A DNA stretch of 55,512 nucleotides. Source: a plasmid. Both the position numbers and the translations under genes were made by a program. The stretch lies in the sequence record NZ_CP071303.1; one strand, written 5' to 3'. Below are positions 1-9,995 of this stretch, piece by piece. Every line of letters starts with the position of its first letter. Position 1 is the first letter of the stretch. The notes under the pieces were generated by a model. The model saw only the letters and a list, made by a program, of their open reading frames with translations, was not told the DNA's origin and searched no databases.

Positions 1-374
1 ATGAAGATACAATTAGTTTATGTGACAAATACGAATTATTTCCTAGCTTAGAGGAATGGAAGGGCAAGATTTTACTTATTGAAACAAGTGAAGAGAAACC
101 AACCCCAGACATTTTTAGAGAAATGATTAAGAGACTAGAAGAATTTGGATTATTTGATGTTATATCCGGAGTACTTGTTGGAAAACCTCAAAATGAAACA
201 TATTACGATGAATATAAAACAATTATTTTAGATGAAATTTCAAACAAAACTTTATCTATTGTTTATAATGTTAATGTTGGTCATGCTACACCTAGATGTA
301 TAATTCCGTTTGGAATTAATGCGCATGTCAATATAAAAGAACAGATAATAAGTTTTGATTATGAAGACTATTGA
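1..374 (+). pseudogene. C-terminal part of an S66 LD-carboxypeptidase (LdcA/MccF-like) gene; continues in frame from 55185..55512 across the window junction
   Basis: Frame 3 from nt 3 reads EDTISLCDKYELFPSLEEWKGKILLIETSEE...GLFDVISGVLVGKPQ..., which is LdcA C-terminal-domain-like. Window end (..aga t) plus window start (at gaa..) join in frame as R-Y-E-D. No catalytic Ser (GYSDxT) region upstream, so the gene is degenerate. Confidence 0.5.
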
Positions 375-432
375 ACTGGATTTTTTTGATTTGAAACCCA
401 TACTTTCACTTGCATTAACAGGTTTTGTTTCA

Positions 433-454
433 TATACTATACTAGTATAGTATA
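433..454. promoter_or_regulatory. 22-bp perfect palindrome tatactatACTAGTatagtata upstream of epsR; candidate XRE/EpsR operator in the eps promoter region
   Basis: Perfect dyad centred on ACTAGT, about 110 bp upstream of the epsR start, in an AT-rich leader. Confidence 0.4.
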
Positions 455-564
455 GAAAATTAAAAAAAACACCAAAATGGTTTAACTTAAGCAAGTTTTG
501 ATTTAATTTTTCAGAAAAATTAGGGTTTCTCTTACAGAATTTAATAAAAAGAGGAGTTATATTT

Positions 565-819
565 ATGAATGATTTATTTTATCATCGGCTAAAGGAACTA
601 GTTGAATCAAGTGGTAAATCTGCAAATCAAATAGAAAGGGAATTGGGTTACCCTAGAAATTCTTTGAATAATTATAAGTTGGGAGGAGAACCTTCTGGGA
701 CAAGATTAATAGGACTATCAGAGTATTTTAATGTGTCTCCAAAATATCTGATGGGTATAATTGATCAGCCTAATGACAGTTCTGCAATTAATCTTTTTAA
801 AACTCTAACTCAAGAATAG
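565..819 (+). CDS. epsR: XRE-family HTH transcriptional regulator (EpsR-like)
   Basis: 84 aa with a helix-turn-helix (SANQIERELGYPRNSLNNY); RBS AAGAGGAG; first gene of an eps cluster with pNZ4000-like order. Confidence 0.7.
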   Translation: MNDLFYHRLKELVESSGKSANQIERELGYPRNSLNNYKLGGEPSGTRLIGLSEYFNVSPKYLMGIIDQPNDSSAINLFKTLTQE

Positions 820-915
820 AAAAAAGAAATGTTTATAATTTGTCAAAAATGGCTTTTTTTAGAATATCAAATAGAGTTATAACAATAATAAATTTAGGGA
901 GTTTTTCTTATTAAT

Positions 916-1683
916 ATGATGAAAAAAGGAATTTTGGTAATTACTATAGTGATATCTATAGCATTGATAATTGGAGGTTTTTATAGTTATAATTCTAGGA
1001 TAAATAATCTTTCAAAAGCTGATAAAGGAAAAGAAGTTGTAAAGAATAGCAGTGAAAAAAATCAGATAGACCTTACCTATAAAAAGTATTATAAAAATTT
1101 ACCAAAATCAGTTCAAAATAAAATAGATGATATTTCATCCAAAAATAAAGAAGTTACTTTAACTTGTATTTGGCAATCTGATTCAGTTATTTCTGAACAA
1201 TTTCAACAAAACTTACAAAAATATTATGGAAATAAGTTTTGGAACATCAAAAATATCACCTACAATGGCGAAACAAGTGAACAATTATTGGCTGAAAAAG
1301 TTCAAAATCAAGTATTGGCGACTAACCCTGATGTTGTTTTATATGAAGCTCCACTTTTTAATGATAACCAAAACATTGAAGCAACAGCCTCACGGACTAG
1401 TAATGAGCAACTTATAACAAATTTGGCTAGTACAGGAGCAGAGGTGATAGTTCAACCCTCTCCACCGATTTATGGTGGTGTTGTATACCCCGTACAAGAA
1501 GAACAATTTAAACAATCTTTATCTACAAAATATCCCTATATAGACTATTGGGCTAGTTACCCAGACAAAAATTCTGATGAAATGAAGGGGCTGTTTTCTG
1601 ATGATGGAGTATATAGAACATTAAATGCTTCGGGGAATAAGGTTTGGCTAGATTATATTACTAAATATTTTACAGCAAACTAA
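916..1683 (+). CDS. epsX: EpsX-like membrane-anchored protein of unknown function
   Basis: N-terminal TM segment; sits between the regulator and the Wzz gene as in lactococcal eps operons; possible degenerate GDSx motif (QSDSV). Confidence 0.5.
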   Translation: MMKKGILVITIVISIALIIGGFYSYNSRINNLSKADKGKEVVKNSSEKNQIDLTYKKYYKNLPKSVQNKIDDISSKNKEVTLTCIWQSDSVISEQFQQNLQKYYGNKFWNIKNITYNGETSEQLLAEKVQNQVLATNPDVVLYEAPLFNDNQNIEATASRTSNEQLITNLASTGAEVIVQPSPPIYGGVVYPVQEEQFKQSLSTKYPYIDYWASYPDKNSDEMKGLFSDDGVYRTLNASGNKVWLDYITKYFTAN

Positions 1684-1722
1684 TTAAGTTATAAATAACA
1701 ATTATTAAATATTGGAGAAGAA

Positions 1723-2502
1723 ATGCAGGAAACACAGGAACAAACGATTGATTTAAGAGGGATTTTTAAAATTATTCGCAAAAGGTTAGGTTTAATATTA
1801 TTTAGTGCTTTAATAGTCACAATATTAGGGAGCATCTACACATTTTTTATAGCCTCCCCAGTTTACACAGCCTCAACTCAACTTGTCGTTAAACTACCAA
1901 ATTCGGATAATTCAGCAGCCTACGCTGGACAAGTGACCGGGAATATTCAAATGGCGAACACAATTAACCAAGTTATTGTTAGTCCAGTCATTTTAGATAA
2001 AGTTCAAAGTAATTTAAATCTATCTGATGACTCTTTCCAAAAACAAGTTACAGCAGCAAATCAAACAAATTCACAAGTTATTACGCTTACTGTTAAATAT
2101 TCTAATCCTTACATTGCACAAAAGATTGCAGACGAGACTGCTAAAATATTTAGTTCAGACGCACCAAAACTATTGAATGTTACTAACGTTAATATTCTAT
2201 CCAAAGCAAAAGCTCAAACAACACCAATTAGTCCTAAACCTAAATTGTATTTAGCGATATCTGTGATAGCCGGACTAGTTTTAGGTTTAGCCATTGCTTT
2301 ATTGAAGGAATTGTTTGATAACAAAATTAATAAAGAAGAAGATATTGAAGCTCTGGGGCTCACGGTTCTTGGTGTAACAACTTATGCTCAAATGAGTGAT
2401 TTTAATAAAATTGCTAATAAAAATGGTACGCAATCGGGAACTAAGTCAAGTTCGCCTAGCGACCATGGAGTAAATAGGACATCAAAAAGGAATAAAAGAT
2501 AG
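1723..2502 (+). CDS. epsA: Polysaccharide chain-length determinant (Wzz/CpsC-type, PCP2b)
   Basis: Two TM segments flanking a periplasmic domain; directly upstream of the tyrosine kinase. Confidence 0.75.
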   Translation: MQETQEQTIDLRGIFKIIRKRLGLILFSALIVTILGSIYTFFIASPVYTASTQLVVKLPNSDNSAAYAGQVTGNIQMANTINQVIVSPVILDKVQSNLNLSDDSFQKQVTAANQTNSQVITLTVKYSNPYIAQKIADETAKIFSSDAPKLLNVTNVNILSKAKAQTTPISPKPKLYLAISVIAGLVLGLAIALLKELFDNKINKEEDIEALGLTVLGVTTYAQMSDFNKIANKNGTQSGTKSSSPSDHGVNRTSKRNKR

Positions 2503-2511
2503 GAGTTCAGG

Positions 2512-3207
2512 ATGGCTAAAAATAAAAGAAGCATAGACAACAATCGTTATATTATTACTAGTGTCAACCCTCAATCACCCATTTCTGAACAATATCGTAC
2601 GATTCGTACGACTATTGATTTTAAAATGGCGGATCAAGGGATTAAAAGCTTTCTAGTAACATCTTCAGAAGCAGCTGCAGGTAAATCAACCGCAAGTGCT
2701 AATCTAGCTGTTGCTTTTGCACAACAAGGTAAAAAAGTACTTTTAATTGATGGCGATCTTCGTAAACCGACTGTTAACATTACTTTTAAAGTACAAAATA
2801 GAGTAGGCTTAACTAATATTTTAATGCATCAATCTTCGATTGAAGATGCCATACAAGGGACAAGACTTTCTGAAAATCTTACAATAATTACCTCTGGTCC
2901 AATTCCACCCAACCCATCGGAATTATTAGCATCTAGTGCAATGAAGAACTTGATTGACTCTGTGTCCGATTTCTTTGATGTTGTTTTGATTGATACTCCG
3001 CCTCTCTCTGCAGTTACTGATGCTCAAATTTTGAGTAGTTATGTAGGAGGAGCAGTTATTGTTGTACGTGCCTATGAAACAAAAAAAGAGAGTTTAGCAA
3101 AAACAAAAAAAATGCTTGAACAAGTTAATGCAAATATTTTAGGGGTTGTTTTGCATGGGGTAGACTCTTCTGAGTCACCATCGTATTACTACTACGGAGT
3201 AGAATAA
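2512..3207 (+). CDS. epsB: Tyrosine-protein kinase (CpsD/BY-kinase)
   Basis: Walker A SSEAAAGKST, DxD region, C-terminal tyrosine cluster SYYYYG. Confidence 0.85.
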   Translation: MAKNKRSIDNNRYIITSVNPQSPISEQYRTIRTTIDFKMADQGIKSFLVTSSEAAAGKSTASANLAVAFAQQGKKVLLIDGDLRKPTVNITFKVQNRVGLTNILMHQSSIEDAIQGTRLSENLTIITSGPIPPNPSELLASSAMKNLIDSVSDFFDVVLIDTPPLSAVTDAQILSSYVGGAVIVVRAYETKKESLAKTKKMLEQVNANILGVVLHGVDSSESPSYYYYGVE

Positions 3208-3261
3208 TTGGAATAAACTTGAATCAAATAAAAGAACGAAATTCGTAGGATAGGAGAGAAA

Positions 3262-4026
3262 ATGATTGATATTCATTGCCATATTTTACCGGGGATAGAT
3301 GATGGGGCTAAAACTTCTGGAGATACTTTGACAATGCTGAAATCAGCAATTGATGAAGGGATAACAACCATCACTGCCACTCCTCATCATAATCCTCAAT
3401 TTAATAATGAATCACCCCTTATTTTGAAAAAAGTTAAGGAAGTCCAAAATATCATTGACGAACATCAATTACCAATTGAAGTTTTACCCGGACAAGAGGT
3501 GAGAATATATGGTGATTTATTAAAAGAATTTTCTGAAGGAAAGTTACTGACAGCAGCGGGCACTTCAAGTTATATATTGATTGAATTTCCATCAAATCAT
3601 GTGCCAGCTTATGCTAAAGAACTTTTTTATAATATTCAATTGGAGGGACTTCAACCTATTTTGGTTCACCCTGAACGTAATAGTGGAATCATTGAGAACC
3701 CAGATATATTATTTGATTTTGTTGAACAAGGAGTACTAAGTCAGATAACAGCTTCGAGTGTCACTGGTCATTTTGGTAAAAAAATACAAAAGCTGTCATT
3801 TAAAATGATAGAAAACCATCTGACGCATTTTGTTGCATCAGATGCGCATAATGTTACGTCACGTGCATTTAAGATGAAGGAAGCTTTTGAAATTATTGAA
3901 GAAATTTATGGTTCTGGTGTATCACGAATGTTTCAAAATAATGCAGAGTCAGTGATTTTAAATGAAAGTTTTTATCAAGAAAAACCAACAAAGATCAAAA
4001 CAAAGAAATTTTTAGGATTATTTTAA
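3262..4026 (+). CDS. epsC: PHP-family phosphotyrosine phosphatase (CpsB-like)
   Basis: N-terminal MIDIHCHILPGIDDGA metal-binding motif typical of CpsB/YwqE. Confidence 0.85.
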   Translation: MIDIHCHILPGIDDGAKTSGDTLTMLKSAIDEGITTITATPHHNPQFNNESPLILKKVKEVQNIIDEHQLPIEVLPGQEVRIYGDLLKEFSEGKLLTAAGTSSYILIEFPSNHVPAYAKELFYNIQLEGLQPILVHPERNSGIIENPDILFDFVEQGVLSQITASSVTGHFGKKIQKLSFKMIENHLTHFVASDAHNVTSRAFKMKEAFEIIEEIYGSGVSRMFQNNAESVILNESFYQEKPTKIKTKKFLGLF

Positions 4027-4047
4027 AGAGTTTAAATGGAGTAAATA

Positions 4048-4734
4048 ATGGAAGTTTTTGAGGATGCCTCATCACCTGAATCGGAAGAACACAAATTAGT
4101 AGTATTAAAAAATTTTTCTTATAGAGAGCTAATTATAAAAAGAGGGATTGATATTTTAGGGGGATTAGTGGGCTCAATTTTCTTTCTTATTGCGGCTGCA
4201 TTGCTTTATGTCCCTTACAAAATGAGCTCAAAAAAATATCAAGGGCCAATGTTCTATAAACAAAAACGGTATGGAAAAAACGGTAAAATTTTTTATATTT
4301 TAAAATTTAGAACAATGATTCTTAATGCCGAGCAGTATCTAGAACTTAATCCGGATGTTAAAGCTGCTTACCATGCCAACGGCAATAAGCTAGAAAACGA
4401 TCCACGGGTAACGAAGATTGGATCATTTATAAGACGACACTCAATTGATGAACTGCCACAATTTATCAATGTTCTTAAAGGGGATATGGCATTAGTTGGT
4501 CCAAGACCAATTCTGCTTTTTGAAGCGAAAGAATATGGGAAACGCCTCCCTTACTTACTGATATGTAAACCAGGAATCACTGGTTATTGGACGACACATG
4601 GTCGAAGTAAAGTTCTTTTTCCTCAACGAGCAGATTTAGAACTCTATTATCTCCAATATCACAGCACCAAGAACGATATCAAGCTTCTCATACTTACAAT
4701 TGCACAAAGTATTTACGGATCGGACGCATATTGA
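4048..4734 (+). CDS. epsD: Priming undecaprenyl-phosphate sugar-phosphotransferase (bacterial sugar transferase family)
   Basis: Single N-terminal TM plus conserved C-terminal sugar transferase domain (DELPQFINVLKGDMSLVGPRP). Confidence 0.85.
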   Translation: MEVFEDASSPESEEHKLVVLKNFSYRELIIKRGIDILGGLVGSIFFLIAAALLYVPYKMSSKKYQGPMFYKQKRYGKNGKIFYILKFRTMILNAEQYLELNPDVKAAYHANGNKLENDPRVTKIGSFIRRHSIDELPQFINVLKGDMALVGPRPILLFEAKEYGKRLPYLLICKPGITGYWTTHGRSKVLFPQRADLELYYLQYHSTKNDIKLLILTIAQSIYGSDAY

Positions 4735-5204
4735 TGAAATATAAAGATAAAATAATTTGTTTTGCCTCATCCTCTGGAGGACATTTTGAACAGCTCATGA
4801 TGTTAAAGCCCTTAATGAAAAAATATCCTCGAAGTTTTATTGTTACTGAAAAGACTGATTATAAAGTTTACTCTGATATTAATATTGAGTATATGTGTCA
4901 AGTAAATAGAAAACAAATACTTTTTTTTATTTACTTGATTATTAATTTTATTATTTCCTTCTTTATAATCCTAAGAAAAAAACCAGATGTTATAATATGT
5001 ACAGGAGCTCTTTCAATGATTCCTATGTGTTTAGTTTCAAAATTATTTGGTGCAAAATTGATTTTTATTGAGTCATTCGCAAAAATTAATTCACCTACCT
5101 TGACAGGTAAATTTTTATATAAATATGCCGATGTTTTTTATGTTCAATGGGAGACCATGAAAAAATTCTATCCAGAAGCAATATTTTTAGGAGGCATATA
5201 CTGA
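4731..5204 (+). CDS. epsE: Alg14-like glycosyltransferase membrane subunit (Cps14F/EpsE-type)
   Basis: ASSSGGH motif and N-terminal TM; paired with the downstream Alg13-like gene. Confidence 0.7.
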   Translation: MMKYKDKIICFASSSGGHFEQLMMLKPLMKKYPRSFIVTEKTDYKVYSDINIEYMCQVNRKQILFFIYLIINFIISFFIILRKKPDVIICTGALSMIPMCLVSKLFGAKLIFIESFAKINSPTLTGKFLYKYADVFYVQWETMKKFYPEAIFLGGIY

Positions 5205-5684
5205 ATGATATTTATTATTTTAGGATCCCAAAAATTTCAATTTAATAGGCTTCTTAAGGAAATTGACCAGTTGATTGAAGAGGATTATATTAAAGAAGAA
5301 GTATTTGCACAAATAGGAGTAAGTACTTATAAACCAAATAATTTTTTCTACAAAAATTTTTTAGATAGAAAAGAGTTTCAAAAAAAAATATCTACCTCTA
5401 GTATAGTAATAACACATGGAGGAACAGGAGCTATTATTGAATCTATAAAAAAAGGGAAAAAAGTCATAGCAGTTTCTAGACTAAAAAAATTTGGTGAACA
5501 TGTCGATGATCATCAAATAGAAATAGTAAAACAGTTTGCGGAACTTAAGTTAATTGAACCGTGCATAAATGTGTCAAATTTAAAAGATGCATTAACTAAT
5601 ATTAATATAAAATTTTATGAACAATACCGTTCAAATTCAAAAGTGTATATAGAATCAATTGAAAAATATGTGAGGGGTTTATGA
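5205..5684 (+). CDS. epsF: Alg13-like glycosyltransferase catalytic subunit (GT28 C-terminal domain; Cps14G/EpsF-type)
   Basis: ITHGGTGAIIESIKKGKKVIAV motif. Confidence 0.7.
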   Translation: MIFIILGSQKFQFNRLLKEIDQLIEEDYIKEEVFAQIGVSTYKPNNFFYKNFLDRKEFQKKISTSSIVITHGGTGAIIESIKKGKKVIAVSRLKKFGEHVDDHQIEIVKQFAELKLIEPCINVSNLKDALTNINIKFYEQYRSNSKVYIESIEKYVRGL

Positions 5685-6718
5685 AAAAAGTATTAATGAT
5701 TGGGAATCATCCCAGAGTTAAAGGGGGGATTTCTACTGTTATTGTACGGTTTCTAGAGTTTGAGTGGGACGAATCAAAAGTAAAGTTAAAATTTATTCCT
5801 ACATATATTGACAGTAATTTAATTGTTCAATTAATTTTTTTTATGAAAAGTATTTTCAGCATATTGGTACAACTTATTTTTAATCGACCAACTGTGTTAT
5901 ATATACATATGTCATATAAAGGAAGTTTTTATAGAGCATGGCTAGTTAGTCTGTTGGCTAAAATTTTTAAAGTCGAAATCATAATTCATTTACATGGTTC
6001 AGAATTTAAAGAATGGTATGATAATTGCAGTCTGAGTAATCAGAAAATTATAAGGAAGTTTCTTTTATTATCAAGGTATGTTATTGTTCTTGGAAATGAG
6101 TGGGATAAAAAAATAAAAAAAATTGATTCTAGAATTAAAACTAAAATTATTATGAATTCTGTTGAAATTCCTAAAGAGATAATACACTGGAACAGTGAAA
6201 TAAGTTTTCTATATCTAGGAGTTTTAATCAAACGTAAAAATGTTGATAAGTTAATAGAAGCATTTAAAAGTATAAATAATACAAATGTAATCCTAAATAT
6301 AGCGGGACATGGAAGAGATTACAAAGATTTAAGAAAGAAAGTAATAAATTTAGGCCTTAACGAAAGAATTATCTTTCATGGATGGATTGATAATAAAGAA
6401 AAGATTGATCTTATACGGAGAAGCCGCTTTTTAATATTGCCTTCACAAAATGAGGGACTACCCATGGCGATACTTGAAGCAATCAGCTATGGTTTGCCAG
6501 TTCTCGCTACAGATGTTGGGGATATAAAAGAAGCTGTTATTCCTTTTAAAAATGGATTTATTATTTCTTCAGATTTGACCGATCTAACTAGTAAGTTAAA
6601 TATCCTATGTGAAATCGACGAAATCAGTTGGACTAAAATGAGTCATAATTCAAGAAAAATAGCTGAAATTAAATTTTCAGAAAAAAATTATTTTAGTGAA
6701 ATAAGCAAATTATTTTAA
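5681..6718 (+). CDS. GT4-family glycosyltransferase
   Basis: C-terminal EGLPMAILEAISYGLPVLATDVG (EX7E) motif. Confidence 0.75.
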   Translation: MKKVLMIGNHPRVKGGISTVIVRFLEFEWDESKVKLKFIPTYIDSNLIVQLIFFMKSIFSILVQLIFNRPTVLYIHMSYKGSFYRAWLVSLLAKIFKVEIIIHLHGSEFKEWYDNCSLSNQKIIRKFLLLSRYVIVLGNEWDKKIKKIDSRIKTKIIMNSVEIPKEIIHWNSEISFLYLGVLIKRKNVDKLIEAFKSINNTNVILNIAGHGRDYKDLRKKVINLGLNERIIFHGWIDNKEKIDLIRRSRFLILPSQNEGLPMAILEAISYGLPVLATDVGDIKEAVIPFKNGFIISSDLTDLTSKLNILCEIDEISWTKMSHNSRKIAEIKFSEKNYFSEISKLF

Positions 6719-6831
6719 CGATATTTTAATAGGTATAAATTAAATATTTTATAACAAATTATTAGATTTATTTTTGAAAAATTATTTAATTATCATTATA
6801 AAAATATTTTTAAATAAGATAGGATAAGTGA

Positions 6832-7938
6832 ATGAATATTTTATTTTTAACTTTTTCAATGCTATCTGGTGGTACAGAACACCTAACAGTCGATATTTGT
6901 AATGAATTAGTAAATAGAAAACATAATGTTCATCTATATATAGTAAATGAACATTATGATGAGGAAGTTCTAAGTAAATTAGATGAAAAAGTCGTAGTAA
7001 TTAAACAGAACAGAAGAGAAGCTAGTGGTAATAAATTGGTTACGATAAAAAAAGTGAGCGAATATATAAAAGATAAGAAGATAAAAATCGTTCATTGTAA
7101 TAATCCTACTGCACCGGACTTATTATTATTAAAGCCTTTTCTCTTCCCGAAAGTTAAGATCATTCAAACAATTCATGATACAATGGGGTATCGTAAGATG
7201 ACACTGCATAAAGTTTATTTTAGAAATATACAAATTCATAAGTTTATTGCAATCTCAAATTCAGTTAGAAATGACATGGTTTTACATGGTGCTAACAAAA
7301 ACAAAATAGAAGTTATTTATAATGGTATTAAAATAAAAAAATATAGTCCATGTTACCAAGCCAAGAGTTCTTCGAAATTTATAATTGGTAATGTGGCTCG
7401 AATAAATCCTTGTCAAAAAAGACAGGACCTACTCATCATGGCTATTGCAAAGGTAAAAAAAGTTTATCCAAATATTGAATGTAGATTTGCTGGTATGGTT
7501 TCCAACGATCAGCAAAAAGAATTTGAAATACTCAAAGGACTTGTTAAAAAACATAATCTAGACGAAAATATAAAATTTTGTGGGAATGTACTTGATATAC
7601 CAAAGTTTTTGGATGATTTAGATTTATTTGTTCTTCCATCTAGAACTGAAGGATTTGGGCTGTCTCTTGTTGAAGCAATGGCTATGGGTGTTCCCGTAAT
7701 AGCAAGTAATATTGAAGGCCCATCTGAGGTGATTGGTAATAATGCAAGAGGACTTTTGTTTAAAACTGGAGATTTAGATAGTTTAGTAGAAAATATATTA
7801 TATGCTATTAAAAATATCAATCATATAAAAGAGAAATCATCTGAAATCAGAAATTACGTAATAACTAATTTTGATATTTCTCAGACTGTAGATAGACTTG
7901 AAACAATTTATGTTTCTGTAGGAGGTGAATTTGAATAA
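6832..7938 (+). CDS. GT4-family glycosyltransferase
   Basis: EGFGLSLVEAMAMGVPVIASNIEG motif. Confidence 0.75.
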   Translation: MNILFLTFSMLSGGTEHLTVDICNELVNRKHNVHLYIVNEHYDEEVLSKLDEKVVVIKQNRREASGNKLVTIKKVSEYIKDKKIKIVHCNNPTAPDLLLLKPFLFPKVKIIQTIHDTMGYRKMTLHKVYFRNIQIHKFIAISNSVRNDMVLHGANKNKIEVIYNGIKIKKYSPCYQAKSSSKFIIGNVARINPCQKRQDLLIMAIAKVKKVYPNIECRFAGMVSNDQQKEFEILKGLVKKHNLDENIKFCGNVLDIPKFLDDLDLFVLPSRTEGFGLSLVEAMAMGVPVIASNIEGPSEVIGNNARGLLFKTGDLDSLVENILYAIKNINHIKEKSSEIRNYVITNFDISQTVDRLETIYVSVGGEFE

Positions 7939-8803
7939 CCTAGCTTTTGTTGTATTAAATTATAATTCGGCGGATGATACGATTAGATGTGTAGAACGAC
8001 TATTAAGCTTTAATAAAAATTTTTGGATAATAATAGTGGATAATTTTTCTAGCGATGACTCACAAGAAAGAATAAGTAAACAATTTAAATCTAAAAAAAA
8101 AATTATTCTGTTGCCTTCTGAAGAAAATAGAGGGTATGCAGCTGGCAATAATATTGGAATAAAATACGCAATAGGTACTCTAAATGTGGAATATATTGGG
8201 ATAATTAATCCGGACGTGTTGATTCCATATAATCTTTTAGAAAAAATACTTACTGCTTTTAGTATTCATAAAGACATCGTTTTACTTAGTGGTGAAATGG
8301 AATGGAACAATGCAAAGGTAACCAACTATTGGGATATACCAACCTCAAGAAATATAGTAACTCAGCATTCACTTTTTTTTAAGAATAAAAAGGAAGTGAA
8401 AAATACAAAAAAAATTTCGTCTAATGTGATGGAGGTAGAATGTGTATCCGGGGCATTTTTCATAGCAAAATCATTTATTTTGGAAAGTATTAACTATCTT
8501 GATGAGGGCACATTCTTGTATAATGAAGAAAATATACTTGGAATTAATATAAAAAAAAGAGGATTTAAAGAAGCAATTATAAAAAATGAATTTTACCTCC
8601 ATCTCCACCCCATAGATAAGAGAAAGAAGATTCCGTTAAAAAATAAAATTATTTCAAGTGAACCCTCATACAAATCGAGTAAGTATTTATTAGAAAAATA
8701 TTACAATGGAAAAAAACTAAGATCACTGTTTTTGGCTGAAGTTAGTAATAAAGTGTTTCTTTTCTTGGCTTACTTAAAAAAATTAATAACCTATGAAAAA
8801 TAA
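7925..8803 (+). CDS. GT2-family glycosyltransferase
   Basis: N-terminal AFVVLNYNS...DDS...IIVDNFSSDDS pattern of GT-A fold. Confidence 0.7.
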   Translation: MNLNNLAFVVLNYNSADDTIRCVERLLSFNKNFWIIIVDNFSSDDSQERISKQFKSKKKIILLPSEENRGYAAGNNIGIKYAIGTLNVEYIGIINPDVLIPYNLLEKILTAFSIHKDIVLLSGEMEWNNAKVTNYWDIPTSRNIVTQHSLFFKNKKEVKNTKKISSNVMEVECVSGAFFIAKSFILESINYLDEGTFLYNEENILGINIKKRGFKEAIIKNEFYLHLHPIDKRKKIPLKNKIISSEPSYKSSKYLLEKYYNGKKLRSLFLAEVSNKVFLFLAYLKKLITYEK

Positions 8804-9995
8804 AATTATTATAAATTATTATACAATGTTTCTTGGATTGATTATTTTTTTCAATCTTCAAGGTTTTTATCTGTTTAGCTCATCATTATTTACTGATTCT
8901 ATTTCTTTAATTTTAGAAATAACATTTTTTGTTTTTGTTATGTTTTCTGGTAATAATACGACAATACAAAAATCAGATATTTTGTTTATTATGCCTATAG
9001 TTTTTGTTTTTACTTCTTCAATAATGGCAAATTTTGATTATTTACAGCCTTTGTGGATGGGGATTATTGCACAACGATCTTGGGTAATGAGTATTTTAAT
9101 GTTCTTCCCTATTAAAAAGATCATAGGAACAAAAAAGGTAAATTCAAATGATATTTATAAATTACTGGATAAATTAAACATAGTATATATTTTTCTCATT
9201 TTTATTCAGTACTTTATAGGAGATCATATAACAATATTGCATGTATTAACGAAAGAGAGATATGATAATGTTCGTTTATATGTGACAATCAGTTTTATAA
9301 TGATTTCATATTTTGTACATTTAGTTAGAATAATTGAAAGAAAAAAAATCAACTTTAAAAGTATCTTCTTTATTATTACACCTATTTTAATACAATTTTT
9401 AATTACTAAGTCTCGTATGGCTGTATTGGCACTTATTTTAGTTACTATTTTTTTAATTCTAACATCGCAAAGAAATTATCGGAAATACAGTTTGTTGGGA
9501 GTTGCTACACTCGGTATTGTTATCTCTCTATTTACGACAATTGGAAAAGAAATACTTAGTTTGATTACTGGAAATAATATTAATATAACTGATGATACTT
9601 CTCAGATTAGAGAAATAGGAAGAGAGTTTTTTCTACGGCAAATTAATATTGACTGGATTCATAAGGTTTTTGGAGCAGGATACGTAAATATAAATTGGGG
9701 TCAATCTTTTTTTATGAGCCAATATGATAAAGGAATTTATCCAGCTGATAATGGTATATTTGGAATATTATTTTATTACGGATATTTTTTTCTTATTTTT
9801 CTTATTATAATATATGTTTCGATTCTTATTAAAGCTTGGGAAAGACACAAAGAAGTATTTTATTTTTTGCTGTTAGGAATTTTAGGGATATTTAGTCTGT
9901 ATCCCGATATATACATGAACAATATTGCATTTTCCTTAGTTTGTGCAATTGTATACGAAAAAAGAGAAAAAATTACTTTTGAAAGGATAAAATGA
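8793..9995 (+). CDS. wzy: Repeat-unit polymerase (Wzy, O-antigen ligase-like)
   Basis: 400 aa, about 10-12 TM segments with a large loop, inside the eps cluster. Confidence 0.65.
   Translation: MKNKIIINYYTMFLGLIIFFNLQGFYLFSSSLFTDSISLILEITFFVFVMFSGNNTTIQKSDILFIMPIVFVFTSSIMANFDYLQPLWMGIIAQRSWVMSILMFFPIKKIIGTKKVNSNDIYKLLDKLNIVYIFLIFIQYFIGDHITILHVLTKERYDNVRLYVTISFIMISYFVHLVRIIERKKINFKSIFFIITPILIQFLITKSRMAVLALILVTIFLILTSQRNYRKYSLLGVATLGIVISLFTTIGKEILSLITGNNINITDDTSQIREIGREFFLRQINIDWIHKVFGAGYVNINWGQSFFMSQYDKGIYPADNGIFGILFYYGYFFLIFLIIIYVSILIKAWERHKEVFYFLLLGILGIFSLYPDIYMNNIAFSLVCAIVYEKREKITFERIK

Noticed and set aside
1-60. Frame-1 continuation of the end-of-window ORF (MKIQLVYVTNTNYFLA*)
   Set aside because: Taking ATG at 55185, by my base count, puts the junction codon as t+at; the LdcA-like sequence then continues in frame 3 of the window start, not frame 1.
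1226-1417. 63-aa ORF nested inside epsX, and similar nested or antisense ORFs (6040..6231-, 7509..7820-, 12104..12328-, 27721..27933-, 30998..31492-, 45802..46062-, etc.)
   Set aside because: They lie entirely within, or antisense to, well-supported genes and have no RBS or motif; they are artefacts of AT-rich or repetitive sequence.
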